A stretch of 64,000 nt of DNA from Bacillota bacterium (GCA_023396215.1 JAEWWW010000155.1:2530-66529); one strand, 5' to 3'. Shown: positions 8,443 through 16,865, counted from the stretch's first letter. Numbers and translations: made by a program. The notes: generated by a model from the letters alone, not told the origin.

Positions 8443-9087
8443 TTATCCCTCGTTGGCAGCCTTCCGCTGCATCTCTGCAATATGCTCCGCGGGGGAGGGC
8501 GCACTCCAGACCTCACGCCCCATAATGACGGTGCCGACCCCGCACCGGGCCAGAGGGCCCAGCTGCGAAGCGCTGATGCCGCCATCGGCCCAAAATTCAA
8601 TCCGGTTGGGGTAAATCTCGCGGGCGTAGCTTATTTTATCCAGTACCGCCGGGTTAAACAGGCAGCCCTGCCCGTCCGGCTCGGCGGTCATAAACAGCAG
8701 GAAATCCAGATTGCTCAGAAAGGGGAGCGCCTGCGCCACATCGGTCTTCATGTTAAAGGCCAGCCCGGCGCGCATCCCTCTGCTCTTAATCTCCCACAGC
8801 ACCTCGCCGGGGTACTCCACCGCCTCGATCTGCACCGAAACGGCGCTCACACCGCAGGCATGCAGCTCGGCGATATACTGCTCGGGCCGGGTGGCCAGTA
8901 TGTGGGCGTCCAGCTCGGCGGTGGCGGCCTTGGCCACCGAGCGGATGGTTTTCATCCCAAAGGTGACGTTGGGCACAAAGTTGCCGTCCTCGATATCCAG
9001 ATGCAGGCAGCCGCAGGGGGCCACACGCTGCATTTCGGCCAAAAGCTCCAGCTGGTTTGCCGAGGCCAGCGACGGAATAATGCGCAT
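8443..9087 (-). CDS. Ribulose-phosphate 3-epimerase family protein (SgcE/AlsE-like)
   Basis: MRIIPSLASA... with HLDIEDGNFVPN, a TIM-barrel Rpe pattern and WADGGI. GGAAGGAG lies upstream of the ATG at 9087. Confidence 0.85.
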   Translation of the reverse strand: MRIIPSLASANQLELLAEMQRVAPCGCLHLDIEDGNFVPNVTFGMKTIRSVAKAATAELDAHILATRPEQYIAELHACGVSAVSVQIEAVEYPGEVLWEIKSRGMRAGLAFNMKTDVAQALPFLSNLDFLLFMTAEPDGQGCLFNPAVLDKISYAREIYPNRIEFWADGGISASQLGPLARCGVGTVIMGREVWSAPSPAEHIAEMQRKAANEG

Positions 9088-9130
9088 AGGCGTTGCTCCT
9101 TCCAAGGGGTGGATGGGTGCCGGGGGCGTA

Positions 9131-9943
9131 TTACAGGCCCTTGCGGAAATCCTTAACCTCGTCCATAAAGGCCTTTACCCGGGCCGGGTCTACCAGATTT
9201 TCAAACACGCCGTCCACCTTGAAGGTAGTGGCGCAGACAGCACCGTCGGAGGAGGCCAGCTGGCGGCGGATATTGCCCACGTTGCAGCCGGTGTTGCAAA
9301 GCACGGGGGTGTGCTTCACCACGTCCTTCACCCGCTTGAGCACCTGGGTGTCGGTTTCGGCCCCTGCCGTAAGCCCCGAAACACAAAGAGCGTCGGGCCG
9401 GTTGTTGAACTCGGTGGAACGCGCAATTTCGGCAATGTCACGGTCGGCCAGATATTTGGCGGCCTCAGGTACGATATTATACAGCATGCGCACATTTTTT
9501 GCGCCGATTGCCATCTTGTGGCGCACCGTTTGGCCCACGTTGGTGTTCCAAAGGCCAAAGTCGCTGGCGTAAACCCCCGAGATAATCTCACGGATGAAGC
9601 TGCCGCCCACCGCTACCGCCAAATCCAGCGAGGCAATGGGGTCCCAAAGGCAGTTGACGCCGTAGGGGATTTTAATTTCACTTTTCAGCTCTCCTATGAT
9701 GCGGGCCATCGCGGCCACCGTGACCGGCTCCACCCTGGTGAGATAGGGCAGGCTGAACTCGTTGGAAAACATGATGGCATCCACGCCGTTTTCCTGCAGC
9801 GCTTTCATGTCGTGGCGGGCAAGCTCCACTACCTTTTCCATGCCGCCCTCAGCATCAAAGTAAGGGTCGCCGGGCAGGGCTTGCAGGTGGCACATAGCGA
9901 TAATCGGTTTTTCCACGCCAAAGAGTTCTTTCATCCAGTTCAT
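9131..9943 (-). CDS. BtpA/SgcQ family TIM-barrel protein
   Basis: 270 aa. It contains KPIIAMCHLQALPGDP, MFSNEF and YGVNCLWDP, motifs characteristic of BtpA/SgcQ. AAAGGAGAG RBS. Confidence 0.85.
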   Translation of the reverse strand: MNWMKELFGVEKPIIAMCHLQALPGDPYFDAEGGMEKVVELARHDMKALQENGVDAIMFSNEFSLPYLTRVEPVTVAAMARIIGELKSEIKIPYGVNCLWDPIASLDLAVAVGGSFIREIISGVYASDFGLWNTNVGQTVRHKMAIGAKNVRMLYNIVPEAAKYLADRDIAEIARSTEFNNRPDALCVSGLTAGAETDTQVLKRVKDVVKHTPVLCNTGCNVGNIRRQLASSDGAVCATTFKVDGVFENLVDPARVKAFMDEVKDFRKGL

Positions 9944-10099
9944 TGCATTCTCTCCTTTTATTCGGGGGCGGTGGGTCGCCCTAAATATGTACAGAGAAGC
10001 CGGTTTTCAACGTTTCCGCTTTTTTAACCGGCTTTTCTGTAATTGTTGGCCATTGCGGCAGCGCTTGGGGTCGGGGCCCTGCGGCCGGCAGGGGAGGGG

Positions 10100-10393
10100 T
10101 CAGGATTTATTGAGCAGGTATGCGCGAACGCCGGTTTTTACCTCGGTAGCGTTGAGCCCGTTTTGCATGCCGACCACCCAGGTTTTGGGGGACACGGCCG
10201 CCGCCAGCTTTTCCGCCACCGGCTCGGGGCAGAATATGATATCATGCCCGGCCGCCGCCTTTCTTGCTTCCTGAATGCGGCAGAGGGAGATTTGGTATTC
10301 CAGACACATCTTGCGAAAAACAGGCTCCGCGGTCATCTTTAACAGCCGGCCGGTCTCCATTTTGTTTTCACAGACAACCAGTACTTTCAGCAT
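10100..10393 (-). CDS. PTS EIIB-like protein (galactitol/SgcB type)
   Basis: 97 aa. KVLVVCENK places a Cys near the N-terminus as in GatB/SgcB. Overall beta-alpha pattern and size fit the family. It is the first gene of the sgc-like operon. Confidence 0.55.
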   Translation of the reverse strand: MLKVLVVCENKMETGRLLKMTAEPVFRKMCLEYQISLCRIQEARKAAAGHDIIFCPEPVAEKLAAAVSPKTWVVGMQNGLNATEVKTGVRAYLLNKS

Positions 10394-10512
10394 CTCTGTT
10401 TTCCCCCAACTTTGTGGTGTGTGGCGGATTCACCAACTGCCGTCCGGCAGGGCAATCGCCCAAGACGGTCTGAACCAATACAGAGGAGAGGCTGCCGGGA
10501 AAAGCCACACGG

Positions 10513-10541
10513 GTTATAACCTGAGATATGCACACTGTCAA
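10513..10541 (-). promoter_or_regulatory. Putative sigma-A promoter of the sgc-like operon
   Basis: Minus strand reads TTGACA (10541-10536), 17 bp, TATAAC (10518-10513). It lies about 115 nt upstream of the EIIB start. Confidence 0.45.
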
Positions 10542-10961
10542 CCGTTTTTATTTGGCGGTGGTTTTTAAAATATTGCCTCAGGGCTTTGCCCAAAGGCTTA
10601 TGTCACGGGGGAGAGCCCCCGGCACAGTGGTGGCAGGGAGGGCGCTTTGCTGTTTTGCTCCGGCTTAAAATCAAACTCTTTTGCCGATTGTACCCTAATA
10701 GTAGCACTGAAAATGAGCCGCTGTAAATACATCGGCTCATTTTCGCACATTTGTGCAACATGTTTGGTTCGTTTGTTGAATCCGGTATGCCCAGCTTATG
10801 AAAAGATGAAAAAACGCCTTGGTTTTTTGCCGCCCGGCACGGCAGAAGCTGTGCAGAATACCCAAAAGCGCATACCGAGGCCGGTTTGACTTATGGGGAG
10901 CCAACCACTATGATGTAGAAGAAACCTGCGCAAGTATCAAGAGAAATGAAGGTGGCAGAGC

Positions 10962-11897
10962 ATGAAGGACAGTCTGGAACTGCTGTATCAGGTGGCCCGG
11001 CTTTATTATGAGCTGGATATGACGCAGCAGGATATCGCCGACCGGTTTTATATCTCCCGTTCCCGGGTTTCGCGGCTTTTGCAGCGGGCCCGTGAGGAGG
11101 GTGTGGTGGAAATTAAGGTCAACTCGCTCTTTAGAAGGACCAAGAGCATCGAGGAGGCTTTTCTCGCCCGTTTCCCCTTACTGGATATCTGCGTTGTGGA
11201 AACCGACACCCTCACCCCGCAGGATACCCGGAACAAGGTATCCAAGGTGGCGGCCCAGCACATCAATTCTCTGCTGAAGGATAACATGGTGCTGGGGCTC
11301 AGCAGCGGGCGTTCCATCTACGAGATGATTTTGGAGATGCGCCCCGATGTGAGCCTGCCCAACCTGCTGGCGGTACAGCTTCTGGGCTCCACCGCCTCCA
11401 AGGACCACAACATCGACGGCCCCGATCTGGTGCGCCGCTTTGCCAACCTCTATAACTGCCGCTTTCTCTACCTGATGGCCCCGATGATGGTGCATGACGT
11501 ACATACACGCAGCACCCTGCTGCAGATGCCCTCCATCGTCGAAACGGTGCACGCTGGGGAAAACGCAGACATCATCTGCACCAGCATCGGCAGCCGGGCC
11601 AGTTGGGAAAATTTTGCCCCCAAGGATAAGTTTGAGATTGAGCAAAAGGGCGCCGCGGGCCGCATCTGCGGTTTTTATTTCGATAGAGAGGGCAACCAGC
11701 TTGACACCTCTCTGCATGATAAAATCATCGGGGTGAGCAACAATGTGTTTCAAAAGGTTCCTCTGCGCTTCGCCATCGTCCACGACGCCGAAAAGGTGGA
11801 GGCCACGCTGGGGGCGTTGCGAGGCAGGTATATCAACGCTCTCATTACCGATTCGGTGACCGCCGCACAGGTATTGCAGTTGGATAAAAGCCTTTAG
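10962..11897 (+). CDS. SorC/DeoR-family sugar-binding transcriptional regulator
   Basis: N-terminal HTH (LLYQVARLYYELDMTQQDIADRFYISRSRVSRLLQRAREEGVVEI) plus a C-terminal CggR/SorC sugar-phosphate-binding domain. It is divergent from the sgc-like operon. Confidence 0.88.
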   Translation: MKDSLELLYQVARLYYELDMTQQDIADRFYISRSRVSRLLQRAREEGVVEIKVNSLFRRTKSIEEAFLARFPLLDICVVETDTLTPQDTRNKVSKVAAQHINSLLKDNMVLGLSSGRSIYEMILEMRPDVSLPNLLAVQLLGSTASKDHNIDGPDLVRRFANLYNCRFLYLMAPMMVHDVHTRSTLLQMPSIVETVHAGENADIICTSIGSRASWENFAPKDKFEIEQKGAAGRICGFYFDREGNQLDTSLHDKIIGVSNNVFQKVPLRFAIVHDAEKVEATLGALRGRYINALITDSVTAAQVLQLDKSL

Positions 11898-11922
11898 CCG
11901 GGCGTTTTGATTGTATAGTAGG

Positions 11923-12094
11923 CGCCCTCCCCTGCGGACAGTTTTATAGGATTATGTCAGGGCTCCCGCAAAACCGAAAGGCTTTATGGGAAAGAGGAGG
12001 AGCAGCGAAGCGATATGAAACCCTTGGTCATGAAATGACCGGGGGTTCAGTGGAGTGCAGCTTGCTCCGACGAGCGGCGCATGTCCGCCTGCGA
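11923..12094 (+). repeat. Repeat family B, copy 1 (about 172 bp structured intergenic element)
   Basis: Reverse complement of 58933-59105 with only scattered substitutions. It contains hairpins ACCCTTGGTCAT-GAA-ATGACCGGGGGT and CCCGCAAAACC-GAAA-GGCTTTATGGG, closed by GCGGACA/TGTCCGC ends. Confidence 0.85.
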
Positions 12095-12124
12095 GATATA
12101 TTCTCTTAACCTACTTTTTTGACA

Positions 12125-12337
12125 TTATGAAGCCCCCTCCCCCGCATATGCGGGGGAGGGGGCTTTATAATCTGCCAAAAGATTGACACACTTCACGAAG
12201 GGAACGGCTGACGGTGCTGCGCGGCGGCTGTCCGGCGATGTGGGGGGCAAAATCACATTGGGGTAGCCCCACAGCCTGTAGTCAGCGGGCAGCGGCTCGG
12301 GGTCGGTTACATCGATGCGGCCCCCCTGCCGCCGCAA
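12125..12337 (-). pseudogene. C-terminal remnant of a D-isomer-specific 2-hydroxyacid dehydrogenase
   Basis: The translated fragment IDVTDPEPLPADYRLWGYPNVILPPTSP...VNLLADY matches the family C-terminal signature LDVxxxEPLPxxxPLWxxPNVxxTPH. The catalytic His position reads PPTS, and no N-terminal Rossmann part is present upstream. Confidence 0.5.
12130..12166. terminator. Perfect 18-bp GC-rich hairpin (terminator-like)
   Basis: AAGCCCCCTCCCCCGCAT|ATGCGGGGGAGGGGGCTT followed by T. Only a short U-tract follows, so terminator function is uncertain. Confidence 0.4.
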
Positions 12338-12564
12338 GCTACCTTTCCCCCTACCTTTTTTCTATGGGGTTGGGGCTTTTCAGACCCGTCCGCCGGGTAT
12401 TTTCTGCAGACAACGGCTTGTCCCATGCCGTAAGCCCCCGCCGTGCCCGGCCCTGGGGCGAAATATCCCACGGCAAAGGGGCACAATTACACCAAAAGCA
12501 CATAAACGGCCTGTCCTCCTGCATATAAATCCTACAAGAAGCACCAGATGGGGAGGGTACGAAT

Positions 12565-12816
12565 TTGAAAGGTTTGCCGGAAGACAGAGCGGTAAGCTTT
12601 GCACAGTACATCATTGAAACAGGCGCCACCGTGCGGGATACTGCAAAGCAGTTTAATATTAGCAAATCCACTGTACATAAAGATGTTTCAGAAAGATTAA
12701 AAGCGGTAAACTACACCCTGTTCAGCGAGGTTAAGCAGGTGCTGGATAAAAACCGAAGCGAACGGCATATTCGGGGCGGGCAGGCAACCAAAATGAAGTA
12801 CGCCAAAAAGAAATAG
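12565..12816 (+). CDS. spoIIID: Sporulation transcriptional regulator SpoIIID
   Basis: 83 aa. AQYIIETGATVRDTAKQFNISKSTVHKDVSERL and RHIRGGQATKMKY closely parallel B. subtilis SpoIIID. The TTG start follows GGGGAGGG. Confidence 0.92.
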   Translation: MKGLPEDRAVSFAQYIIETGATVRDTAKQFNISKSTVHKDVSERLKAVNYTLFSEVKQVLDKNRSERHIRGGQATKMKYAKKK

Positions 12817-12960
12817 AACCTCACCAAAGCAGAGAAGGCAGAAGCGCCCATCACCCTGCCTGATAAGAAAGCCCAAAACAGCCCCCACCCTGCGGGATGG
12901 AGGCTTTCTTGCGGCAGATGCACAGGCAGAACACCTGGATGCCACCGGGCAAAAAAGATG

Positions 12961-13002
12961 AAAATAAGGTACCGTTATTTTATAACGGTACCTTATTTTT
13001 TG
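12961..13002. terminator. Bidirectional rho-independent terminator
   Basis: AAAATAAGGTACCGTTAT-TTT-ATAACGGTACCTTATTTTTT, between convergent spoIIID and the CAP-domain gene. Confidence 0.8.
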
Positions 13003-13064
13003 ATTTAAAGTCTCTTTGGGAGCAAGCCCCCGGTTAATACAGTTTCGGCCCTCTGCCTGCCCCC

Positions 13065-13901
13065 TTAATAGGCGGCAAAGTGGGTGGTGGCATACCCAAG
13101 ATAAAGGCTGCCGTCATAAACATAGACGATGCCCACCCCCACATGGGTGTAGCGGGCGTCGGTCATAGCCGCATAATGGGAGGAGCTGCCCTCCCACTGG
13201 CTGTACCAATAGTAGGCGTTTTCAATCTTATCATAGTTGGCGGGGGTTTTCACGGCGGCAATGTTCTCCGCCGCATAGGAATACCGAATCGGCACCTCCA
13301 CCTTCAGCACGGTCTGCCATGCCTCGCCACCCGGCCGGTTGTGGGCAAAATAGTCGTTTTCATACATCTCTGCCGAGCGTATGCGGGCCGAGCTGCGCAG
13401 GTTGGGGTCATAGGTCAGTTCGCTGAGACCCAGCCGGCTGCGTTCCTCGTTGATGTAATCGATGACCTCGCTTTCTACGTCCCTCAGATATTCGCCGTCG
13501 TTGGATAGGGCAGGGGCGGCAACCCCCAGGTTGCCCGGCGCTTTGCTGGCCGGGGGCTGGCTCTGCTCCTCCGGCTCGCTTTCGGCCGCCGAAGAGGAGG
13601 ACGGCTCCGGCACACTGCTGCTGGGGGGCGGGGCCGGCGGCTGCGAAGATGAGGAACCGCTGGGTTCTATGTTACTCTCAGATTCAGACTGTGAGGAGCT
13701 TTCTGACTGAGATGAGGAGCTTTCGGCCTCCGAAGAAGAAGGCTCGGGTTGGCTGCTGGAGGAGGGCTCGGAGGCGCTTTCGCTCACCGGTTCTCCGCCG
13801 CTGCTGCTTTGTGGGGCCGGCACAGCTCCGCAGGCAGAAAGCATAAGGCTGCTGCAAACAATCACAGCCATCACAGATAAAAGCCATCTCTTTTTTACCA
13901 T
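13065..13901 (-). CDS. Secreted lipoprotein with Ser/Pro/Glu-rich linker and CAP (SCP/PR-1, YkwD-like) domain
   Basis: Lipobox LMLSAC|G, a long low-complexity SSS/PEP region, and a C-terminal CAP motif set (NEERSRLGL, SARIRSAEM, YFAHNRP, AENIA, SSSHYAAM, HVGVG). GGAAGGTG lies upstream of the ATG at 13901. Confidence 0.8.
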   Translation of the reverse strand: MVKKRWLLSVMAVIVCSSLMLSACGAVPAPQSSSGGEPVSESASEPSSSSQPEPSSSEAESSSSQSESSSQSESESNIEPSGSSSSQPPAPPPSSSVPEPSSSSAAESEPEEQSQPPASKAPGNLGVAAPALSNDGEYLRDVESEVIDYINEERSRLGLSELTYDPNLRSSARIRSAEMYENDYFAHNRPGGEAWQTVLKVEVPIRYSYAAENIAAVKTPANYDKIENAYYWYSQWEGSSSHYAAMTDARYTHVGVGIVYVYDGSLYLGYATTHFAAY

Positions 13902-14049
13902 ATCAATCACCTTCCTTTTCTTGGTCACACTATTTATATCGGCCAAAGCCGCCGGAGTTTTTATCCATTATATCGCTTTAAACCCGTTTTATAAACCTTC
14001 CCCCAGCCCTTTTCACGCAAAGTTTACAAATGGCTGCTTTGAAAGATTG

Positions 14050-15417
14050 CTACAACAGCCTACGCACCCGCACCCCGACGGAGCGATCCCCGTTTTTAAG
14101 ACCTTTCGAGGTTCGTTCTACAAAATGGGTCATGGGCAGGTGAAATTCTTCATCCTGAAAAAGGTGGGGAGTGGCCTCCATCCGCCGGTTTTCCCCGGTT
14201 TTGGCGTCATAGCGGTAATACCCCTTTTTCTGGTTAATAAGGGCGGTATACAGATATTGCAGGCCGCCGCCCTCACGGCGAACGCCCAACGGCTGATACT
14301 GGGTACAGTTACCGACCGGCGCCTGATGAGCCGAGAGAGAAGCCTCCTCCGTATCGATTATATAAACCTCGTCGGATAAGCTGTCGGAGAGCAAAATAAA
14401 CCCGCCGGAAGCACGACGGGGGACTACCGAGTCTTCCAGCCGTGCCAACTTGCGCGGGGTTAAATCATCATCGGTAGCACACCAGATGTGGGTAGCCTCA
14501 ATTTCTGCGATGGTTTCCGGGCTATCCTCCCACCTGAGCATCATTAGCATGCCGTTTTCATACAGAACGCGGTTAAACTCCTCCCCCTCAAACAGCAGGT
14601 TGCCGCCGGTTTCGTCTGCGTACCACACCGAGCCCACAATGTTGGACGACATCTCGTTCTTATGGGCAAAGTAGTAACAGCCCTTGCCATGCTTGGCGGG
14701 CATAATCGTTTCAATACCAAAGTAAACCTGCAGCTTGCCCTGCTTCTGCATCCATTCATTCATATCATCCACCAGAGTGAGGGTATCGGTGGATATTCTG
14801 TAAAGGAACAGGCGGCTGTGCGCGTTTAATGCCAGCAAGTCTTCATTAATCCAGTGGGCGGTATGTATTAGCCCAAGGTCTTCCCATTTTTCTACTGTGC
14901 GACCATCTGAAAGCTTGGCAAAGCCCTTTTGGGCCTGGTTTTCATTTTGCTTCATGCATAAAAAGAGGCGCAGCAGGCCGCCCTGTTCATCCCAGATAGA
15001 GCCATTGGCCAGCACCCACTCGCCGCCGGTATAGCAGACGGCAAAATATCCGGTGCTGTAAAGGCCGCCATCGTCATAGCCACCCTTTATCAGAATGCGC
15101 CGGTCGCTCAGTTCAAACTGATAGTCGCCCGTCAGCTTGCCGTCAGCTATCTGCGTTTTGCGCACCAGCCGGTTTTCCAGATTGATATACTGCACCTCGC
15201 AGTCGTCGGGTACGGCGAGCAGCTTGCCTTCGTCCAGCCACCAGTAGCCGCCACGGTCACTGATAGGATAAAAGTCGTCGCAGGCCTGCGACTCCGACAG
15301 CGGGCTTTCAGAGAATGAAGATGAAGACGATTGTGAGCCGCTGCTTCCAATCGGCTGCTGCCCACAGCCAGCCAGCAGCAACATGACGCAGAACATTGCC
15401 AATCGCCTGCTTTTCAT
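14050..15417 (-). CDS. Hypothetical lipoprotein (about 455 aa, probably beta-rich)
   Basis: Signal peptide plus lipobox MLLLAGC|G. No catalytic motif recognised. The reading frame is coherent with normal codon usage. Confidence 0.7.
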   Translation of the reverse strand: MKSRRLAMFCVMLLLAGCGQQPIGSSGSQSSSSSFSESPLSESQACDDFYPISDRGGYWWLDEGKLLAVPDDCEVQYINLENRLVRKTQIADGKLTGDYQFELSDRRILIKGGYDDGGLYSTGYFAVCYTGGEWVLANGSIWDEQGGLLRLFLCMKQNENQAQKGFAKLSDGRTVEKWEDLGLIHTAHWINEDLLALNAHSRLFLYRISTDTLTLVDDMNEWMQKQGKLQVYFGIETIMPAKHGKGCYYFAHKNEMSSNIVGSVWYADETGGNLLFEGEEFNRVLYENGMLMMLRWEDSPETIAEIEATHIWCATDDDLTPRKLARLEDSVVPRRASGGFILLSDSLSDEVYIIDTEEASLSAHQAPVGNCTQYQPLGVRREGGGLQYLYTALINQKKGYYRYDAKTGENRRMEATPHLFQDEEFHLPMTHFVERTSKGLKNGDRSVGVRVRRLL

Positions 15418-15568
15418 CGGTACATCCTCCCTTGCAATTCAGTGCGGTCGCCGGTTTTCTCCATTATAGTTTGCCGCTGCCAAAAGCGCAATGTTTGGGC
15501 AGGCAGAGAAGGATGCCCCAAATAAAGTCACCCATCTTTTTCAGCATTTTTATTGCAGATACGTAGCC

Positions 15569-15765
15569 CATCTCCTATTCCAGCCCCGCCGGAGGCTTGG
15601 GGGGGCACGCGGGGGGACTAGTCTCGCCCGCGAGGCACTTCGCGCTTTTCATAAATAAAAAGCGCCCACATGTTCCGCAGAACATGTAAGCGCCCTGAGG
15701 GGAAAAACCACCCGCAGGCGCCACCAAATAAAAGCACCAGTCTTTCGACTGGTGCTTTTATTTAG
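15569..15765 (+). repeat. Repeat family E, copy A (about 197 bp, ends in terminator hairpin)
   Basis: Aligns with 16553-16790: shared CCCCGCCGGAGGCTTGGGGGGCAC...GGGGGGACT.AGTC..GCCCGCGAGGC..., an internal ACATGTT/AACATGT hairpin, and a terminal AAAAGCACCAGTC-TTTC-GACTGGTGCTTTT. Confidence 0.8.
15726..15763. terminator. Bidirectional rho-independent terminator (3' of XRE gene on minus; 3' end of E copy A on plus)
   Basis: AAATAAAAGCACCAGTC-TTTC-GACTGGTGCTTTTATTT. Confidence 0.8.
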
Positions 15766-15827
15766 AAGCATAGCGGGAGAAAAGGTTACGGATGATGTGG
15801 ATTATGCCCACTGTCCCGGATATATCA

Positions 15828-16070
15828 TCAATTGGTGTACTCTATAATATCTTCCACCCGGCAATCAAGCACAAAACAAATCCGGGCAAGGATATCGGCG
15901 TCAATCTTTTCCACCTGGTCGCCGTACCACTTGTCCACTACTTCAAACCGCGTATCGATTTTGCGGGCAAGATAATTTCTGGTCATTCCCCGTGCATCCA
16001 ACTGTTCTTTCAGCTTTAGTCTGATTCGCCCATATTCTTTCCGCTGCAGCACGGAATTTGTTTGGTTCAT
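15828..16070 (-). CDS. XRE-family helix-turn-helix transcriptional regulator
   Basis: 80 aa. LKEQLDARGMTRNYLARKIDTRFEVVDKWYGDQVEKIDADILARICFVLDCRVEDIIEY is a Cro/C1-type HTH. Confidence 0.8.
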   Translation of the reverse strand: MNQTNSVLQRKEYGRIRLKLKEQLDARGMTRNYLARKIDTRFEVVDKWYGDQVEKIDADILARICFVLDCRVEDIIEYTN

Positions 16071-16179
16071 ATCAGCATCACCTCAATATAATACTATCTA
16101 CAAAGTTACAAATTTACGATATACATATTAAATGTTACTATGCATATAGTATTATAAATGGGATGGGGGGAAGCTTACA

Positions 16180-16473
16180 GTGAAACAAACCGGAATCGTA
16201 AGAAAACTGGATGGACTGGGAAGGATTGTCGTACCGGTCGAGGTAAGGCGGGTTTTGGGATGGACAGGCGCTACTCACCTTGAAATCACTCAGTTTGGGC
16301 GGTATATTCTGTTACATGAACAGGAAAACAGCAAAGCCGCGCCTGTTGAGTTCAGACAGGGCAGCCCTGTTCTGCAGGAAATAGCGGAGGTATTAAAGGA
16401 ATTGCCGGATGAGGATGTTCTCCTCGCATTGCATATCTTGCGCCGTCTGGCAAGGACACCCCAGTCATTCTAA
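16180..16473 (+). CDS. AbrB/Abh-type transition-state regulator (SpoVT/AbrB swapped-hairpin DNA-binding domain)
   Basis: MKQTGIVRKLDGLGRIVVPVEVRRVLGW parallels B. subtilis AbrB MKSTGIVRKVDELGRVVIPIELRRTLGI. The size (97 aa) matches, but the C-terminal half is divergent. The GTG start follows GGGGGGAAG. Confidence 0.85.
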   Translation: MKQTGIVRKLDGLGRIVVPVEVRRVLGWTGATHLEITQFGRYILLHEQENSKAAPVEFRQGSPVLQEIAEVLKELPDEDVLLALHILRRLARTPQSF

Positions 16474-16552
16474 AATTATTTTAATTATCAAAACCACATT
16501 AATAGCTTGTTCATGCGGCCATAAGGCTATTGGCAAAAAAAGATATTTGTGC

Positions 16553-16790
16553 ATATCTCCCCGCCGGAGGCTTGGGGGGCACACGGGGGGACTTAGTCCC
16601 GCCCGCGAGGCGCTTCACGTCTGAAAAATGCCCGCATGTTCTGCAGACCATGCAAGCGCCTGCGGAGGGGGGCGTATGCGGGGGAACCGTCAGGGTTCCT
16701 ACCGCAGGTAGAGCGAGTGTAACGAGCGGATAATCCGCCCACAGGCGGTCACCAAATAAAAACACCAGTCTTTCGACTGGTGTTTTTATT
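16553..16790 (+). repeat. Repeat family E, copy B (about 238 bp, ends in terminator hairpin abutting tRNA-Glu)
   Basis: Direct repeat of 15569-15765 with about 70 nt extra (GGAACC-GTCAG-GGTTCC, CTACC-GCA-GGTAG and GCGGA-TAA-TCCGC hairpins). The terminal hairpin is AAAAACACCAGTC-TTTC-GACTGGTGTTTTT. Confidence 0.8.
16755..16790. terminator. Bidirectional rho-independent terminator (ends the tRNA operon on minus)
   Basis: AAATAAAAACACCAGTC-TTTC-GACTGGTGTTTTTATT, immediately 3' of tRNA-Glu. Confidence 0.8.
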
Positions 16791-16865
16791 TGGTGACCCG
16801 TACGGGATTCGAACCCGTGTAGCCGCCGTGAAAGGGCGGTGTCTTAACCACTTGACCAACGGGCC
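16791..16865 (-). tRNA. tRNA-Glu (anticodon UUC), CCA encoded
   Basis: Reverse complement reads GGCCCGTTGGTCAAGTGGTTAAGACACCGCCCTTTCACGGCGGCTACACGGGTTCGAATCCCGTACGGGTCACCA. Cloverleaf is intact, the anticodon loop is CTTTCAC, and it is almost identical to Bacillus tRNA-Glu. Confidence 0.95.

Noticed and set aside
12351-12671. 106-aa minus-strand ORF overlapping the spoIIID start region, also tested as an upstream continuation of the dehydrogenase pseudogene.
   Set aside because: It has no convincing dehydrogenase motifs and overlaps the well-supported spoIIID RBS and start, so it is likely a chance open frame.
16553-16790. Family E element considered as tmRNA, SRP RNA, RNase P RNA or 6S RNA because of its position next to tRNA genes and its terminator.
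   Set aside because: It lacks a tRNA-like acceptor/T-arm end and a resume codon region (tmRNA). It lacks GGUCCGGAAGGAAGCAGC (the SRP domain IV motif) and GAGGAAAGUCC (RNase P). It lacks the single long irregular hairpin typical of 6S RNA. A duplicated, diverged copy 1 kb away also argues against a housekeeping RNA.
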